Shown here one piece after another: positions 49,221 to 62,735 of a DNA stretch of 64,000 bases. The stretch is from Octopus bimaculoides (lineage: Eukaryota), in contig NC_068983.1 in the NCBI RefSeq assembly GCF_001194135.2, positions 115,600,632-115,664,631 of the forward strand. Reading direction: 5' to 3'. The position numbers and the translations under genes are program-made. Below the pieces are notes generated by a model that was not told the DNA's origin, did no database searches, and saw only the letters and a program-made list of their open reading frames with translations. Numbering within the stretch: position 1 is the first letter of the stretch; each line of letters starts with the position of its first letter.

Positions 49221-50670
49221 AAATAGATAGACAGAACAGACAGGCAAATAGGTAGATAGAGGTGGAGAGACACACACACATACACACACATATCGTTGAA
49301 GAGAATTGTGTGTGTACTCAATATTAAGTGCTATGAAATTGAAATTAAATCTTCTGTGACATAGTTTTAATTACAAGTTGTTGATATTTCATTTTATTTA
49401 CATTATTAATGTTCCATGAAAAAAGTATGAACTTACAACTTATATTTTCTCGCCAGTAAAGTCAATAGACTTAAACATTGTTCAAAAGATTACTGGGATT
49501 GTGTTAGATATTTAAAATATTGTTTGGTTTGTCGATAATAAGACAGTACAGTCTTTCTAGAGCTGAGTATGTTATATCAAGCCATCTAGTTACTTAGTGA
49601 AGGTTACGTTCAAGGAAGTTAATTGAAGTATTTATTGTGTTTTTAGGTATGATATATAGATTTATGTCTCTGAAAGATATTTTGTTTCAGTTGAAATTGA
49701 ATACAAACAGGGTTTGGATCTGAATGGAGACTTCAGGGCTACCAAATATTTCTTCTTGATGTACAAAAGATATAAGCACCAAAATTTGCTTTCGCAAGCT
49801 TAGACTGTTTAGTGGAATCTGAAAAATTGATACTTGGATTGATTACAAATGATTACTTAAAACATTCTGAATAGTAGACTGCCTTGATTTCTGCACCACT
49901 CACAGTTAAATGCAACATAAAGTATAGCATACCTAATATGCTAGATTTTAGCAATAACCAAAAAACTTTTGTTTAGTGACCTCTGTATTGCAATATATAA
50001 ATATATATACATATAAATAAAATGGGCCCAATAGGTTGCTGGATCTTCTTAGATGCATCCAGATTGGATCACTTCAGAAGTATTGTAATTATTGTAAGCC
50101 AATGAAATACCAAAATCATTCAGGAATAGAGCCAGTATATTTTTTCTTTATAAATATTAGTCTAATGAATAGAACCAACTTAAGTTCTTCTTTATTTCTA
50201 GACCAGGGATAATTTGGATAACTGGGAGAAGTGTAAGCCTGGGTTGGGGTTTGTCTTCTTTTGCTGGGTGCAGATTAGTATATGGGTGAAGGTGAGGATA
50301 TATTCCAGATGGGATGAGCATATTTGTACTTTAAATAAGGTTGACTGAAACATATTTCTAAAAGATATGAGACATTATAAATACCAATCTAAGGAAAAGA
50401 GCATTAGATGCTTTGATAGTATTTCAGTGGAGAAAATAAATATGAATAATGATGTTTTGTGCATGTACGTGTGTGTGGGTGTACGTACATATATGCACAT
50501 ATACACACATGAAGTGACAATCAGAGACTGAGAGAATATAGATGTATTTATTCATAGAAAGAAGAGAGAGAGAGAAAGAAGTGCTAAATTCTTATTCTCT
50601 TTGTATGTTTGTGTATACAATGTTTAAATGATGTTTCAATTTTTCATGTCTTCTTTTTTGTATTTTGCAG

Positions 50671-50819
50671 AATCAGTAATGACTTATTGTTATGGGAACC
50701 AACAGCACCATTTCCTCTTTCCACCCAAGAGCAAAGTTTATTGCCAGGTCAAACTCTAGATAACACTTTTAGAGTGCAGTACCTTCATCCTGACTATATG
50801 TCAGAACCACGCAGCAGTA
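50671..50819 (+). CDS. ATG2: ATG2 exon, phase 2-1
   Basis: ttttgcag|ISNDLLLWEPTAPFP...SEPRSS|gtaagt; NDLLLWEPTAP is conserved in ATG2. Confidence 0.95.
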
Positions 50820-51419
50820 GTAAGTCTATATTATTTTTAATGAATGCCCTGATTAAACAGCAGACCTCTAATAGAAGGCATTGTAGCAGTGACAATCTTC
50901 TCTTTCTCGTCATAGATTATCTCAGGCTATATTATCCAATGTGCACCTTATTTTTGTCTATAAATACAATATAGTGTGTTTTTGAGGGAGACTTGGTTTC
51001 TGATTTCTAGTTGAACAACCATATGAAAACTCATTTATTGGCTTGTAACATATTGTGTGTGTGTGTGTGTGTGTGTGTGTATAAACATAAAACAAAACGA
51101 GTTAAGATAGATAACTTAAAGTAGCCAAAGAGATGTATATGAACAATATATACAAATGCAAGCATATCAAACATCATACAACAAATTCTTGGTTTATTAA
51201 AATAATCTTCACCTCCTGAGGATGTGTCACAGTTAACAAATGACAGCTGAAACCAGCCTCATATGAGAAGGAGAGACGATCTCAAGAATCAAGAATTCTC
51301 CAAAGTTCAATTCACATGCTTTTAAAGATAAGAAGATATGAGAACAATCTTGGACATGTTTCTGCCTGAGTTCAAATTCCGCTGAGGTTGACTTTGCCTT
51401 TCATCCTTTCGGTGGGGTC

Positions 51420-51834
51420 CCGTCACCTTAATGGCATTTGTGCCAGTGGCATGTGAACAAAACATTCAAGCGAGGTCGTTGCCAGCGCCGTTGGACTGAC
51501 TCTTGTGCAGGTGGCACATAAAAACACCATTTGAGCATGGCTGTTGCCAGTACCACCAGACTGGCCCTCGTGCCGGTGGCATGTAAAAGCACCCACTACT
51601 CTCTCAGAGTGGTTGGCGTTAAGAAGGGCATCCAGCTGTAGAAACTCTGCCAGATCAGATTGGAGCCTGGTGCAGCCATCTGGTTCGCCAGTCCTCAGTC
51701 AAATCGTCCAACCCATGCTAGCCTGGAAAGTGGACGTTAAATGATGATGGTGATGATGATGGTGATATATATATATAGGCAGCATATTACCTTGTTTCGC
51801 ATTTATGTGCTTACTCTGGTATGCAAAGTAGCTA

Positions 51835-51865
<31 letters not shown>

Positions 51866-52200
51866 CATCAACATTTTCAGTTAACATCAATGCTCCATGC
51901 TGGCATGGGCTGGAAGCTTTGATAGGATCCAATGGATCCAGAAGTTGCATTGTGCTCCAGTGTTTGCTTTGGCATGGTTTCTACAACTGGATGCCCTTCC
52001 TCATGCCAAACACTTTACAGTGTGTACTGGATGCTTTTTGCATAGCTCCAGCATTAATGAGGTTACCAAGCAGCTTGCAAGACTTAGATCACTTTCAACA
52101 GAGTGACCCTACAGAAGAGCAGAAGGTGACTTTATGATATGGAATGAGGGATTAAAGCAACTCAGGAGCCAGAACAGGTTTCCTGCTGTGGAGGAGCTAC
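51420..52200. mobile_element. Two RTE 3'-end fragments tail to tail (about 51420-51770 on +, about 51865-52200 on -)
   Basis: Both carry catccagctgtagaaac...ccatgc(t/c)agc...ttaa(a/c)tgatgat; further 3' ends at about 28785-29000, 34929-35007, 37700-37880, 38290-38350 and 42170-42430. Confidence 0.75.
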
Positions 52201-53055
52201 GCAACTATTCACATTATCAAAGAGAAGTGATGAGTGGTTGGAAAGGCTAAAAATCCCAGAATGCAAGGGTTGCTCATAACCACTGCTTTGATTCTTGTAA
52301 GTCAGTGGCTGCTTATGGACCTGTTAGATAATAGATTAGCCTCCTGACTTACTGACAGGGTCATCTATTGTTATATCTACAGAACCACTTCTAGGTGTAC
52401 TACTTTAAGGAATGTACAGTAGCAAGTAATATATCAAGATATCAAATTATTGCCAGATACAGAGACCTGGTCCAAATGCTTGCAACAGAGTGAACTAAAA
52501 GCACCAAAGGTTCAGGTAATTAGACTAAATTAGAGTCAATAGAAAGTTTTCAAATTCATTTCAAGCATTTTATTATATCTTTCACTCATTTTCAGGTAGG
52601 TAACAACATAATACTTTATCTGGCTGTCATATTTAAACGATGTTATTCATGATTCAGTTATAAACACCCTCACATATTATTAATAGTTATATTAGTTGTG
52701 TAGCCAAGATTCACCTGGCTCAAACAGTACTAGAGTACAATGTATCCACTGAATTTTCAAGAAAAAAATCACACATATAACATACCAGACATGTCCTGTT
52801 TGTATTTGACTTGAGGCTTCACACCATTATTTTTTTTCTTTCTTACCATTATATATATTTAAGGAGCTGATACCATTTGATAGAAAGCATGTTAGATGTT
52901 TAGTGGTGTCTGGTCTGGTACTTCCCATTTCTGATGTCAACTTCAATGACTGCCTGACAAAATTATATTTTATTTTATATCTTCATCACTTGTAGTGATA
53001 AAATAAGTATCTGTAATACATTATAATAAATTAATGATATACCTTATCTTAACTG

Positions 53056-53364
53056 GGAGGTACAATGGCCCAGTGGTTAGGGCAGTGGACTTGCGGTCGG
53101 AGGATCGCGGTTTCGATTCCTGGACCGGGCGTTGTGAGTGTTTATTGAGCAAAAACACCTAAGCTCCACGAGGCTCCGGCAGGGGATGGTGGCAACCCCT
53201 GTTGTACTCTTTCGCCCCAACTTTCATTCTTTCTTCCTGTTTCTTGAGTAATGCTGCGATGGACTGGCGTCCCGTCCAGCTGGGGGGAACATATACGCCA
53301 TAGAAACCGGGAAACCGGGCCCATGAGCCTGGCTAGGCTTTGAAAGGGCGACGTTTATCGTTAT
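53056..53364 (+). mobile_element. tRNA-derived SINE with the same head as 39419 but a different 3' half
   Basis: Shared first ~170 nt, then gcgatggactggcgtcccgtccag...; 12-bp TSD ttatcttaactg (53044-53055 and 53365-53376). Confidence 0.85.
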
Positions 53365-53743
53365 TTATCTTAACTGAAAAGTCTTTGAGGTTAATAAGAA
53401 TTGAAAAAATAATGCCATTGATGTAGTTTATGGGATACATTGTAAGAATCAAAGTAGCTTGTATATATTTTATGTCCAGACAACTAAGTAATGATTAATG
53501 GAGAGGTATATGAAATATTAATACAAAACTCATATTTTAGCTTATTATACTAATCCAAAGTTTACAGTGAACACTTTAGAGAATATTATCTAATATTGCT
53601 TGGTATTGAATTTACATTTTGAAGCTTTCTTGGACATATTTTTTATGATCATGTGATATCTATTTAATTTAACTATCAAAATATTACTGAACTCCTATAT
53701 CAAACTGAATGAAACATTCCAATTTCTCTTTCTTTTTCCACAG

Positions 53744-53907
53744 CAATGGACTCAGAGAGTGATTCTGATGAAAGTCAAAATATGAACAGCTTTCCTTCTT
53801 TAGGTCAGCGCAATTTTCATTCTAAACAAAGTACAGAACGTCAGCTGCAGAGTAAACTGTCATTAGTGTTGAACATAAGTAAATGTAAAGTCCATGTCAC
53901 TTCACAG
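53744..53907 (+). CDS. ATG2: ATG2 exon, phase 1-0
   Basis: tttccacag|MDSESDSDESQ...SKLSLVLNISKCKVHVTSQ|gtgagc. Confidence 0.85.
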
Positions 53908-54389
53908 GTGAGCTATTACAAGAACTGATCTCATTTATGAAGTTGTTTCACAATGAAATTTATAAGATTTTAGGTATTTTCAAACTGTAAATAACAGTGT
54001 AAACATATTTATCTTTAAATTTTAGCCATTATGTACATTAGTATATTTGCTAGTTCAGTTTCAATACAAGGCAGAATCGTTAGCATGCCAGGTAAAATGC
54101 TCAACAGCATTTTGTCCATTTTCACATTCTGCGATCACATTCTGCCGATGAAATTGCTAGCCTTGTGCCAAAATTTTAAATCAATATTTCAGTTTCAATA
54201 CTGTTTAGCATTTTTTCTTAAATTGCTTGAGTGTGTGTAAATTACCTTGTATTTCATCAGTTGTAAACTGTTTTCTACTTTTCCCAGTCACCTGTGTTTT
54301 AAGACATAAGCAGCAAAAGTTCCTATTGTTAGAAATATGATGTTAATGTATTTTATATCTCTTCTATTTACTTTATATTTCATCTTCAG

Positions 54390-54543
54390 ATTCCACAAGA
54401 TGTGACAAATGAAACCAATTATAACAGTGAATTATCTATTACTGCTAAGGATGCTATTCTTTTCATGGTTGTCAGTTATAATAGTGACCCTGACCTTCAA
54501 TTTATTTGCTTCCAATCAAACAAAATAGATCTTTTCCATAGCC
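54390..54543 (+). CDS. ATG2: ATG2 exon, phase 0-1
   Basis: catcttcag|IPQDVTNETNYNSELSITAKDAILFMVVSY...QFICFQSNKIDLFHS|gtaagt. Confidence 0.87.
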
Positions 54544-54698
54544 GTAAGTAGATATAGATTCCTATAAAATTAATGTGATGTTTACTTTAAAATTTCATTG
54601 TTTTGAAGCCCTGGTATAAAACTTATCATTATGCTGGAAAAATCTTGATTCTTGCATTAAATTGCTACTTAGCAGATTTAGTGAAAGAAAAAAAAGAC

Positions 54699-54865
54699 TT
54701 CTGTTGTGTCTGGGGAGAGTCATTTTCTTATTGTGCCTTAAAATTTAACACACTCACCGTTAAATTTTAGAAAAATAAAAATAAGAAATAAGTGGAAATT
54801 TTAACAGTGAGTGTGTTAAATTTTAAGGCACAATAAGAAAATGACTCTCCCCAGATGCAACAGAA
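54699..54865. repeat. Near-perfect 66-bp inverted repeat (fold-back MITE-like)
   Basis: 54699-54764 versus reverse complement of 54800-54865, 3 mismatches. Confidence 0.85.
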
Positions 54866-56217
54866 TATGCTTCAACACATGAAATCACATAAAAAATCTT
54901 GCAAACCAAATCCAAAAACGAAAAAAAAGACTATTACTTTGAATAAATATTGAAAACAAAAATGAAATCCAGAAGCTATTAAAAATGATTAAAATTTTCA
55001 AACTGAAAATTCAGAGATTTCAATTTCAAAAGAATGGGAAGAAGAACTTCCTTTTATGAAAGTGAAACATTGCTAAATAAATTTTCATAGTGTTGCAAAG
55101 ATAGCTGTGGCAAAAGAACTGAGAGATTTAAAAGTTAGATTAAAATAGAATCTAATTTAGGTTTACATTGACTGTGGGTAAATGCTGAGGATGACTATAA
55201 TTCTGGTTTCTGTAAATTTACAAAAACTTTGGGTAAAAGTTTTCTGAGACTTGGCAGATTATGGAAAGATGAGCTAAAGACAATAGAAAGGAAGGTAAAT
55301 ATTGCAATGATATTATTGGTGTTGGTAGGAGAAATAAAACTGATGGAAATGTCTTGGTTGAATAAATGATGAGGATGTCAGAACAATTTTCTTTTTCTAT
55401 GACATTTCTGAAAAATTGTTTCTATCAAATCTAAGAATGTTTTCTAGAAAAGCTTTTGTGACAATATGCCATGTGAATCTTGATGCCATTGATTAGATTG
55501 TGTGTGAGATAATTTGAACGCACATACTTTCTGCGACATTTTTAAGAGTAGGATTATTATCATTGCATTTTTGTAATTCAAAGAAAATGAATTGGACGTG
55601 GATATATGTAGAGGGTGCCATAAATAAGCTTATAAAGACAGTAAAATATCTGTCCAGGGTGGTGGATTGGCAGAATTGTTAGTGCATTTGATGAAATGCC
55701 TTCTGGTACTTGATCCAGTTCTTTGCCTTCTGGGTTCTTACATTGTAGATTTGATCTGTGGCCCTGTTTAACAACACCATTGGTGCCTTTGACAGTGTTC
55801 ACTCAGTTGCAAGCATTCAGACCTGGTCTCCAATTTAAGGAGAAATTCCTTCTTCCTTCCACCAATTTCAGAACCCCTGAAAAATTCTAGGGTCATTGGT
55901 GCAGCCTTTTTCTCTCTGAAAAAAACCCCCAAAAAAACCTTTTATGGAGATCCAGCATATTAAATTACAGACGTTGCATTCCTGATTGAATGAGAAATCC
56001 TTGGCAATTACCAAGTAACTCTGCTTAATATATGTTAACATAGATAGCTTTATATTATAAATGTTCACTTAACAGGAAAGAAATTCTTTTCTAAAAGGTT
56101 CCACATTGATTTATTTTAACGTGTAAAGAACAGTGGAGTGAAGTATATGACAATGAAATTACATGAAAGATGTATAAAAATAGCTTTTGTCAAATACCAG
56201 GCCTTATGCTCTATGCC

Positions 56218-56411
56218 AGTGTTCCACAACCTTTTTCACTTGCATCCTTTTAAAAAGACTTACATTCTTTTCAAAATTCGGTGGCACACCTGAACCAAAA
56301 ATATAACTAAAAGTATAAGGAAAAAAAGTTATATTCATCTTACACAGCGGCACACCTAGCATCGTTTTGTGACACACCAGCATGCTGCGGCAAACCGGTT
56401 ACAGAGCACTG
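56218..56411. mobile_element. Probable hAT-type MITE
   Basis: cagtgttccacaacc...ggttacagagcactg imperfect termini with internal gcggcacacc motifs. Confidence 0.4.
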
Positions 56412-56634
56412 CTCTATGTTAGTAGTAGGAAAACAAAGACAATTTTTACAATATAGACTGAGAGCAAAGTTTTGCAAAAATCATTTGGGTTGCAGCAACA
56501 AAATGTTTGATAAAGGAAATGAAATCTCTCTCATTCTTTGATAATAAATATATACAACCTTATGTTTAACTGTTATTATTCTGTCTTTGCAAACAAACTC
56601 TTCTCCCAATTTATACAAATGTTTTCTATTCCAG

Positions 56635-56873
56635 CTCCTGTAGAAAGTAACCTATCTCAGTTTATGAGTACAAGTCCTCAAATGACATCATCTACTGAAA
56701 AGAAGCCATCTAGTGTAGCAGATCTCCTACCTACTATCTATAAATCAGAATTTACTTTTGACAAAAGCAGTCGTCCTGTTGGATGTGGTCCTGATTCTCT
56801 TGATATGTTGTCTATTGCTGTCAAAGTGAAATTAGATAACAAGATGGATACCTTTAATTACCCAGCAATGAAG
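56635..56873 (+). CDS. ATG2: ATG2 exon, phase 1-0
   Basis: ctattccag|...LLPTIYKSEF...GPDSLDMLSIAVKVK...PAMK|gtatga; matches LEPTIY...DSLNMLSVAVKI. Confidence 0.92.
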
Positions 56874-56989
56874 GTATGATTTATTTCTGTTTTCCATTTT
56901 TCATCTGTCTCATATTTTGTTTTACAGTCTCCTGCCATAGAATACATTATCTAAGTTACCATTATCTACAATATACAAAATTTTAAATG

Positions 56990-57330
56990 TGAAGGTGCAT
57001 GACTCTGGTTAGAGTGTTGGACTCACAATCATGCGGTAGTGAGTTCAATTTCCGGACCAGGCTGTGTGTTGTATTCTTGAGCAAGACACTTTATTTCATG
57101 TTGCTTCAGTTTCCTCAGCTGTATAAATGAGTTGCAACTTCACTGGTGCCAAGCTGTATCAGCCTTTGCCTTATTCTTGGATAACACCAATGGCATGGAC
57201 AGGGGAGGCTGGTATGCATGGACGACTGCTGGTTTTCCATAAACAACCTTGCCCGGACTTGTGCCTTGGAGGGGAACTTTCCAGGTGCAATCCCATGGTC
57301 ATTCCTGACCAAAGTAGGGGTTTTTACCCT
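56990..57330 (+). mobile_element. SINE family D (tRNA head, cttgagcaagacacttt domain); second copy at about 44370-44700 (-)
   Basis: Mutual reverse-complement similarity; tRNA-like head tggttagagtgttggactcacaatc...gagttcaattt. Confidence 0.7.
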
Positions 57331-58026
57331 TACAAAATTTAAAATAAACACCTTCTTTGAAAGGAATGCAGTTGTGAGGATATCATTTATAACATTCACT
57401 TCGATTTGTACTATTATAATTTTCATTTTTACGCTATATATTTACCATATTTTCTCAACACTAAGTTTCAGTTGGTTTGACCTTCAGTCAACATCAGGTG
57501 TTTTATTCCTAAATAAGTCCACATAGATACAGATATGGCCAAGTGTTAAAGAAGTTTAGTTTGCAGTCATGATATTTTAGAATTGATTTCTCTGCAAGGC
57601 ATCTTAGTCAAATGTCTTTTACTATAGCTATATAGGTTGATCCAAGTCTTGTGAGGAAAACTGGAATTGATGGTAGTTAAGAAACTCAGTGGATGGCCTG
57701 TTAATGTAATTAAAAAAGTCTGGCTTTGTCAGCATAATATCACTCTGATTTTTTCTATGGCTAAAGGTGTAAGTATCTATGGAACACTCAACCACTTTAT
57801 ACTTATTCTAGGCTGTTTGGTCGATCATTTAAACTGGAAAGCCTATCTAAACCCATGAAGATCAGTTTAGTTGCAATATTTATTTTGCTTACATAGTCCC
57901 AACTTAGACTTGTGGTGGTAACCCTTTCTTTCTAATATAAAGTCATTACTAGTCTCTTTTTAAAAATAAAGCTTTCTAGTTCTGGCCTGATCTGAAACTA
58001 TTTGCATATTCAACAATAAGGCACTT

Positions 58027-58537
58027 CAGTTCTATATTTAAGAGATGAGGAATTATTTACATTATTTACATTTGACGGATATTCGTCCTCATCTTGTTTG
58101 TTGTTAACACAACGTTTCGGCTGATATACCCTCCAGCCTTCGTCATATGCTAGGACACAACAACCTCCTAAGCAGACCGAGTGCAGATATGAATAGCATA
58201 TGGGAACCGGTATTGAGGAAGGATAGAAAAATAATAGATTTATAAGCCTTAAAAATTACACCATAATTGCCCACGGGCATATGGCGTAGTGGTTAAGAGC
58301 ACGGGCTACTAACCCCAAGGTTCCGAGTTCGATTCACAGCAGCGACCTGATTAATAATAGTAATAATAATAATAATATAATATAATAATAATAATAATAG
58401 TAACATCGATAGGAATGAGAACCCAGGTTCGAAATTTCCTCAAGACACCTGACGAAGGCTGGAGGGTATATCAGCCAAAACGTTGTGTTAACAACAAACA
58501 AGATGAGGACGAATATCCGTCAAATGTAAATAATGTA
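58027..58537 (+). mobile_element. 5'-truncated Penelope-like element with inverted partial terminal repeat
   Basis: 12-bp direct repeat aataaggcactt at 58015-58026 and 58538-58549; inverted arm 58027-58145; probable ORF end GHNNLLSRPSADMNSIWEPVLRKDRKIIDL* (58153-58245); then tRNA-like module, (AAT)n and hammerhead. Confidence 0.75.
58444..58489 (+). ncRNA. Minimal hammerhead ribozyme motif (G12A variant)
   Basis: GACAC-CTGACGA-A-GGCTG-gagggtatat-CAGCC-AAAA-CG-TT-GTGTT; the inverted arm keeps GAAACGTT but is cut at the core. Confidence 0.55.
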
Positions 58538-60118
58538 AATAAGGCACTTAATGATTAGAAATCAAAACTTATTCAAATGCAGTATAATTATAAATATTGT
58601 AAATATACAGTCTAAAGATTATTAATAGCCCAGAAAATTATAATTATATCGACACTATCTCACCTGAGACATTTAGACATTTAATCATTAAATTTGGTTC
58701 TGTTTCTTAATATTGTATAAAACATTCTTGAAGAAATTCCTATTGGAATTTCCCTTCCAGTTGTATATAACAGGACTCTAGTTTTGGTGATATAGTTGAT
58801 GAGAAGAAAACTCATTATATTTAGGATTTATTGAAATTCATTTTACCTAAACAAACATATTGAATAGAATGACTTCATTGGTATTTATACATAAAGTTTC
58901 TGAAAGATTGGTGTACAGAATTTTTAATGATAATTTCAATTTCTCAGGTAAACTTCCATAACCTTGTTTTTAAATATGTTGCATGATGCTTAATAGGATA
59001 TCAATGCATATGTTGTAGGGATTAGAAAAGAGTATAAATTGGAACATTTATGAAATAGTGCTTTATTTAAATAGTATCTGCATTTAACCATACTGCACTC
59101 TGCAAACAGTTAAAATTTGATGGAACTAAGAATTAGCAGAAGAATATGTAATCAGTTGGACTTTGGAGAAATTTAGTTGATGAAAAAATAGCATGGGAAA
59201 TTTGGATATGCAAAGTATTTTTATTATTGTACCTAATGATATAGATATACAAAGAATTTAATATCACAGCAAATAATACAGAAGTATTGAGAATTTAATA
59301 TTATACTTGTTATTTTACATCTGCTTTTCCATGCTGGCATGAGTTGGACAATTTTTTAGAAGTAATTTTTTACAACCAGATGCTTTTCCTGTTCCAATTC
59401 TTTTAGTTGTCTTTATGTCATGCCAGAATGTGATGTGCCTATTCTGAAACCAGGATACACATATATCGAGGATTTATTATCATACCTGATAATACGAGTA
59501 TATTGAGAATTTACTATCAGGTTTTATAATACAGTGGATTTATTATTATATCTGGTAATAAGGTTGTGAGCTGGCAGAATTATTAGCTCACCAAACAAAA
59601 TGCTTAGCAGTATTTCTTTTTGCTTTGTTTTCTGTATTGAAATTCCACCACGGTCAACTTTGCCTTTCGTCCTTTCAGGATTGATAAAATATGTACCGGT
59701 TGAATACTGGGGTTGATGCTATCAACAAGTTCTCTCCCGCCAAATGTTAGGTCTTGTGCTTAAGTAGAAAGAATGATCATATCTGGTAATGTAGATGTAT
59801 TGAGGATTTACTGTATACAGGATAATACATACATTTAGTAGATTTATTAATATGCTTAATAATGTAGATGTAGTGGGGTTTATCATTATACCAAATAATA
59901 TATATAGACTGAGGATTTATATTACTGTGTATGAGAAGATGAAAGTAAACACCAGAGGTAATTATTAAAATTCCTAAAATTCTAATGGGACTGTATTGTA
60001 CACAAAACATGCTGTGTTTAAGATCCTCTTTCTTAAGCTTTTTAGACAATAAAAAAATGTATAATTTGGGTTCAATTTATATATTAAAGTGAAATATCTC
60101 CACTTTTATTATATCTAG

Positions 60119-60199
60119 GAATTCACTATTGCTATTGGTGTTCAAGGTGCCACATTGAAACACAGAATGACACCATCAGAGGAGAGTTGGTTTTCTCAG
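60119..60199 (+). CDS. ATG2: ATG2 exon, phase 0-0
   Basis: atctag|EFTIAIGVQGATLKHRMTPSEESWFSQ|gtataa; matches EFLIAVGLKGATLQHRM...SWHEQ. Confidence 0.93.
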
Positions 60200-60707
60200 G
60201 TATAATAATTGTAATAACTCTTCAAATATAATTATATGATTTCTTTTAATGAATTTATGTAATTGTATATGTTTGAAAAAACAAAAAACAATTTGAATAT
60301 ACTTTTGCACTACAGCTTATTTGTTCAGTATTTTTACAATTCAGCTTACATATACATTAGTTTCTTAAAGTACTGCTACATACAGTTCCATGAGCAACTG
60401 TTATAGCTCAAATAGTTAAATATGCAAAGTTTTTTTTTTAAATCTAACAAAAATATCTATTATGTAAATATTCACTTAATACATCTGTTTGAGATATTAT
60501 TAGGTCGTCAAGTATGAAATTTGTAGTAAGGTATATGGTAAACTTTGACAGCTGTTCATTTTGCGCCATTATTATATTTTGACAATCTTTATTTTTTGTT
60601 AGAAAGCTGACACATCTAAACTCATATTGCGCTTTATAAAGTATTTATAAATCGTTTTTTGCTATTGTATTTAATATTGATTGAAAATCTGTATTTATTA
60701 AAACTAG

Positions 60708-60814
60708 GCACTGGACTTTTTAAATGTAGCTGACTTTCCCATAAATGGTTATGTTCAACCCAAGATCCTTACTCAACTACATGTTCATCTCTGGAATTGT
60801 GCAGTTGATTATAG
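60708..60814 (+). CDS. ATG2: ATG2 exon, phase 0-2
   Basis: aaactag|ALDFLNVADFPINGYVQPKILTQLHVHLWNCAVDYR|gttcgt; matches HVHLWSCALDYR. Confidence 0.93.
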
Positions 60815-60923
60815 GTTCGTATATATTTACTTTTAGAATTAACTATTTAATCTGATGCTAAAGCATTTCAATCTCCTTTGTTATCATTTTTGTTTTAATA
60901 CTAAATTTTTATCTGCTTTTCAG

Positions 60924-61016
60924 ACCAATAAATTTACCAATTCATACTCTGCTTCACACCAAGTGGCTCAGTTTGTCCAGTAATATTTTTGCTGAATCAA
61001 TGTCCACTATGCTCAG
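60924..61016 (+). CDS. ATG2: ATG2 exon, phase 2-2 (last found; gene continues beyond window)
   Basis: gcttttcag|PINLPIHTLLHTKWLSLSSNIFAESMSTMLR|gtaagt; matches RPLYLPIRSLL...SSTLR. Confidence 0.92.
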
Positions 61017-61899
61017 GTAAGTAACTAAAAAATTTTGAATTAAGAAACTTTATGATTATTGATAAGTTTGTATACCATACAAAGAGGTGAGATAAGGCAT
61101 TGTGTTTACTGCTCTTCTGCACAGCACATCTTATTTTATGAATGCAAATAACTTTTTTTTTCTGATGAAAAACATCATTAGTTTTCTGAGATTTTATTTT
61201 TTCCTTTCTAATTAGTGTCTTTATTTGACAAACTGAAACTGCCTTACATGCATGACATTTTTCTCATTTTTATATTACAAACTTGGATTGTTTTGGTTAT
61301 GTGACTTAGCATGAACAAATTAATTTAAGGGGCTTTGGCATCAAAGTTGTTGATGTATTATCAGTAGAGATGACAGGCTGTATATACAGTGCTGTGAGAT
61401 ATCGAAGGAGATGCTTGTGGTAAAGGTTAGATAAAAAAAAATTAGAACATTGATCATTATAGGTGAGAGACAAGATTGTGGCACATGTAAATACAGGCCT
61501 TTCCAGTGTTTGTCAGCGTAGAAAAATAGATAAAGGAAAATTAAATCTATAAGTGACATGAACAGAAGTAATGCTAGGAATGACAGTGATCACATATTTG
61601 TCAATGAAGGGGGAAAATAGAGTTAAGTAAAAAAGAAAGTAGTTGAAAGATTAGAACTATATCATAATCATTTTCACTATTGACCTTTTTTTTATAATTG
61701 TTTCTCTTATGCAATGAATAGAGAACATACAGCCAACAGGTCAGATCCACCAAGTGTCGAAACGCACCCCTTGACCAAGTTTGCATACATGAGGCTGATA
61801 ACATCATAAGACTTGGAAGGTTGCTCCTTGAGCAACATTCTGTGTCTGATAACCTAGAATACATGCCCAAAGAAGTCACATGACTGCTGCAATGTATCA

Positions 61900-62735
61900 T
61901 CAGATGAAAGGATGAGCCTATATGAGTAGAAGACTATGCATGGATATGTTACTTGAAAGCTCTGAGATGATAGTAACATCGATCATCAGAGTAGTTTATC
62001 ATGGACCAATAGCTGCATTACTAACCCCCACCCCTATTTTGAAGGGTATGCATTTGCAATCCAGGAACAGCAAATATCAACCAAGCACCTGATGCACAAA
62101 AGGGACAGAGATGCAGGGAAAGTAGTAAAATGTGACAACCGATGCAGGTTTGTGGAGTTAAAACCGAAGATGTCACCCACATCATGAGGAGTTGTCCGAA
62201 AATGTCTTCTTCACGGTATTTTCTACTGATGAGACATGATGTTGTAACTAGGTCACTCTATAATGAAATCCGTCAGAAAGATAACCCTGAGGACAAAGAA
62301 ATAAAAACTCACAGTATGATAGAAGCCAAGCCACTCATAATAAAAAGGAATACTGGTGGAATGTACCTGTGAAGACTTTTATAAAATGTAAGCACAACAG
62401 ACCTGATATAATGATTTGGGATAGAGAAGAGAAACTGTGCACACTTGTGGAAATTAGCTGCCCAGCAGATGCTAACATAAAGCTAAAGATCAGTGAAAAA
62501 GAGAATACCTATGCTGAACTATTGAGAAATCTGCAGTTACTCTATCCAGATTACAAGTTCAGGTTTATACCTGTAATTATTGGGGCCTTGGGTATGTAAC
62601 ACACTACCTAAATACCAATCTTGAGAAATTAGGCTTCTCAAAACCAGAAAGGAGAGAACTGATTCGAAGACTACAGATCCAGTCCATTACTGGAACTGTA
62701 AAAATCTGTAAAACTTTTCAGAAGTTTATCATTGA
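61900..62735 (+). mobile_element. R4/Dong-like non-LTR retrotransposon 3' fragment (CCHC knuckle plus RLE)
   Basis: HFEGYAFAIQEQQI...CRLCGVKTEDVTHIMRSC...RHD...NRPDIMIWD...VEISCP...IPVIIGALG; frameshifted. Confidence 0.85.

Noticed and set aside
54950-55560. Possible hAT transposase remnant
   Set aside because: Only a few residues resemble the family and all frames are broken; not supportable.
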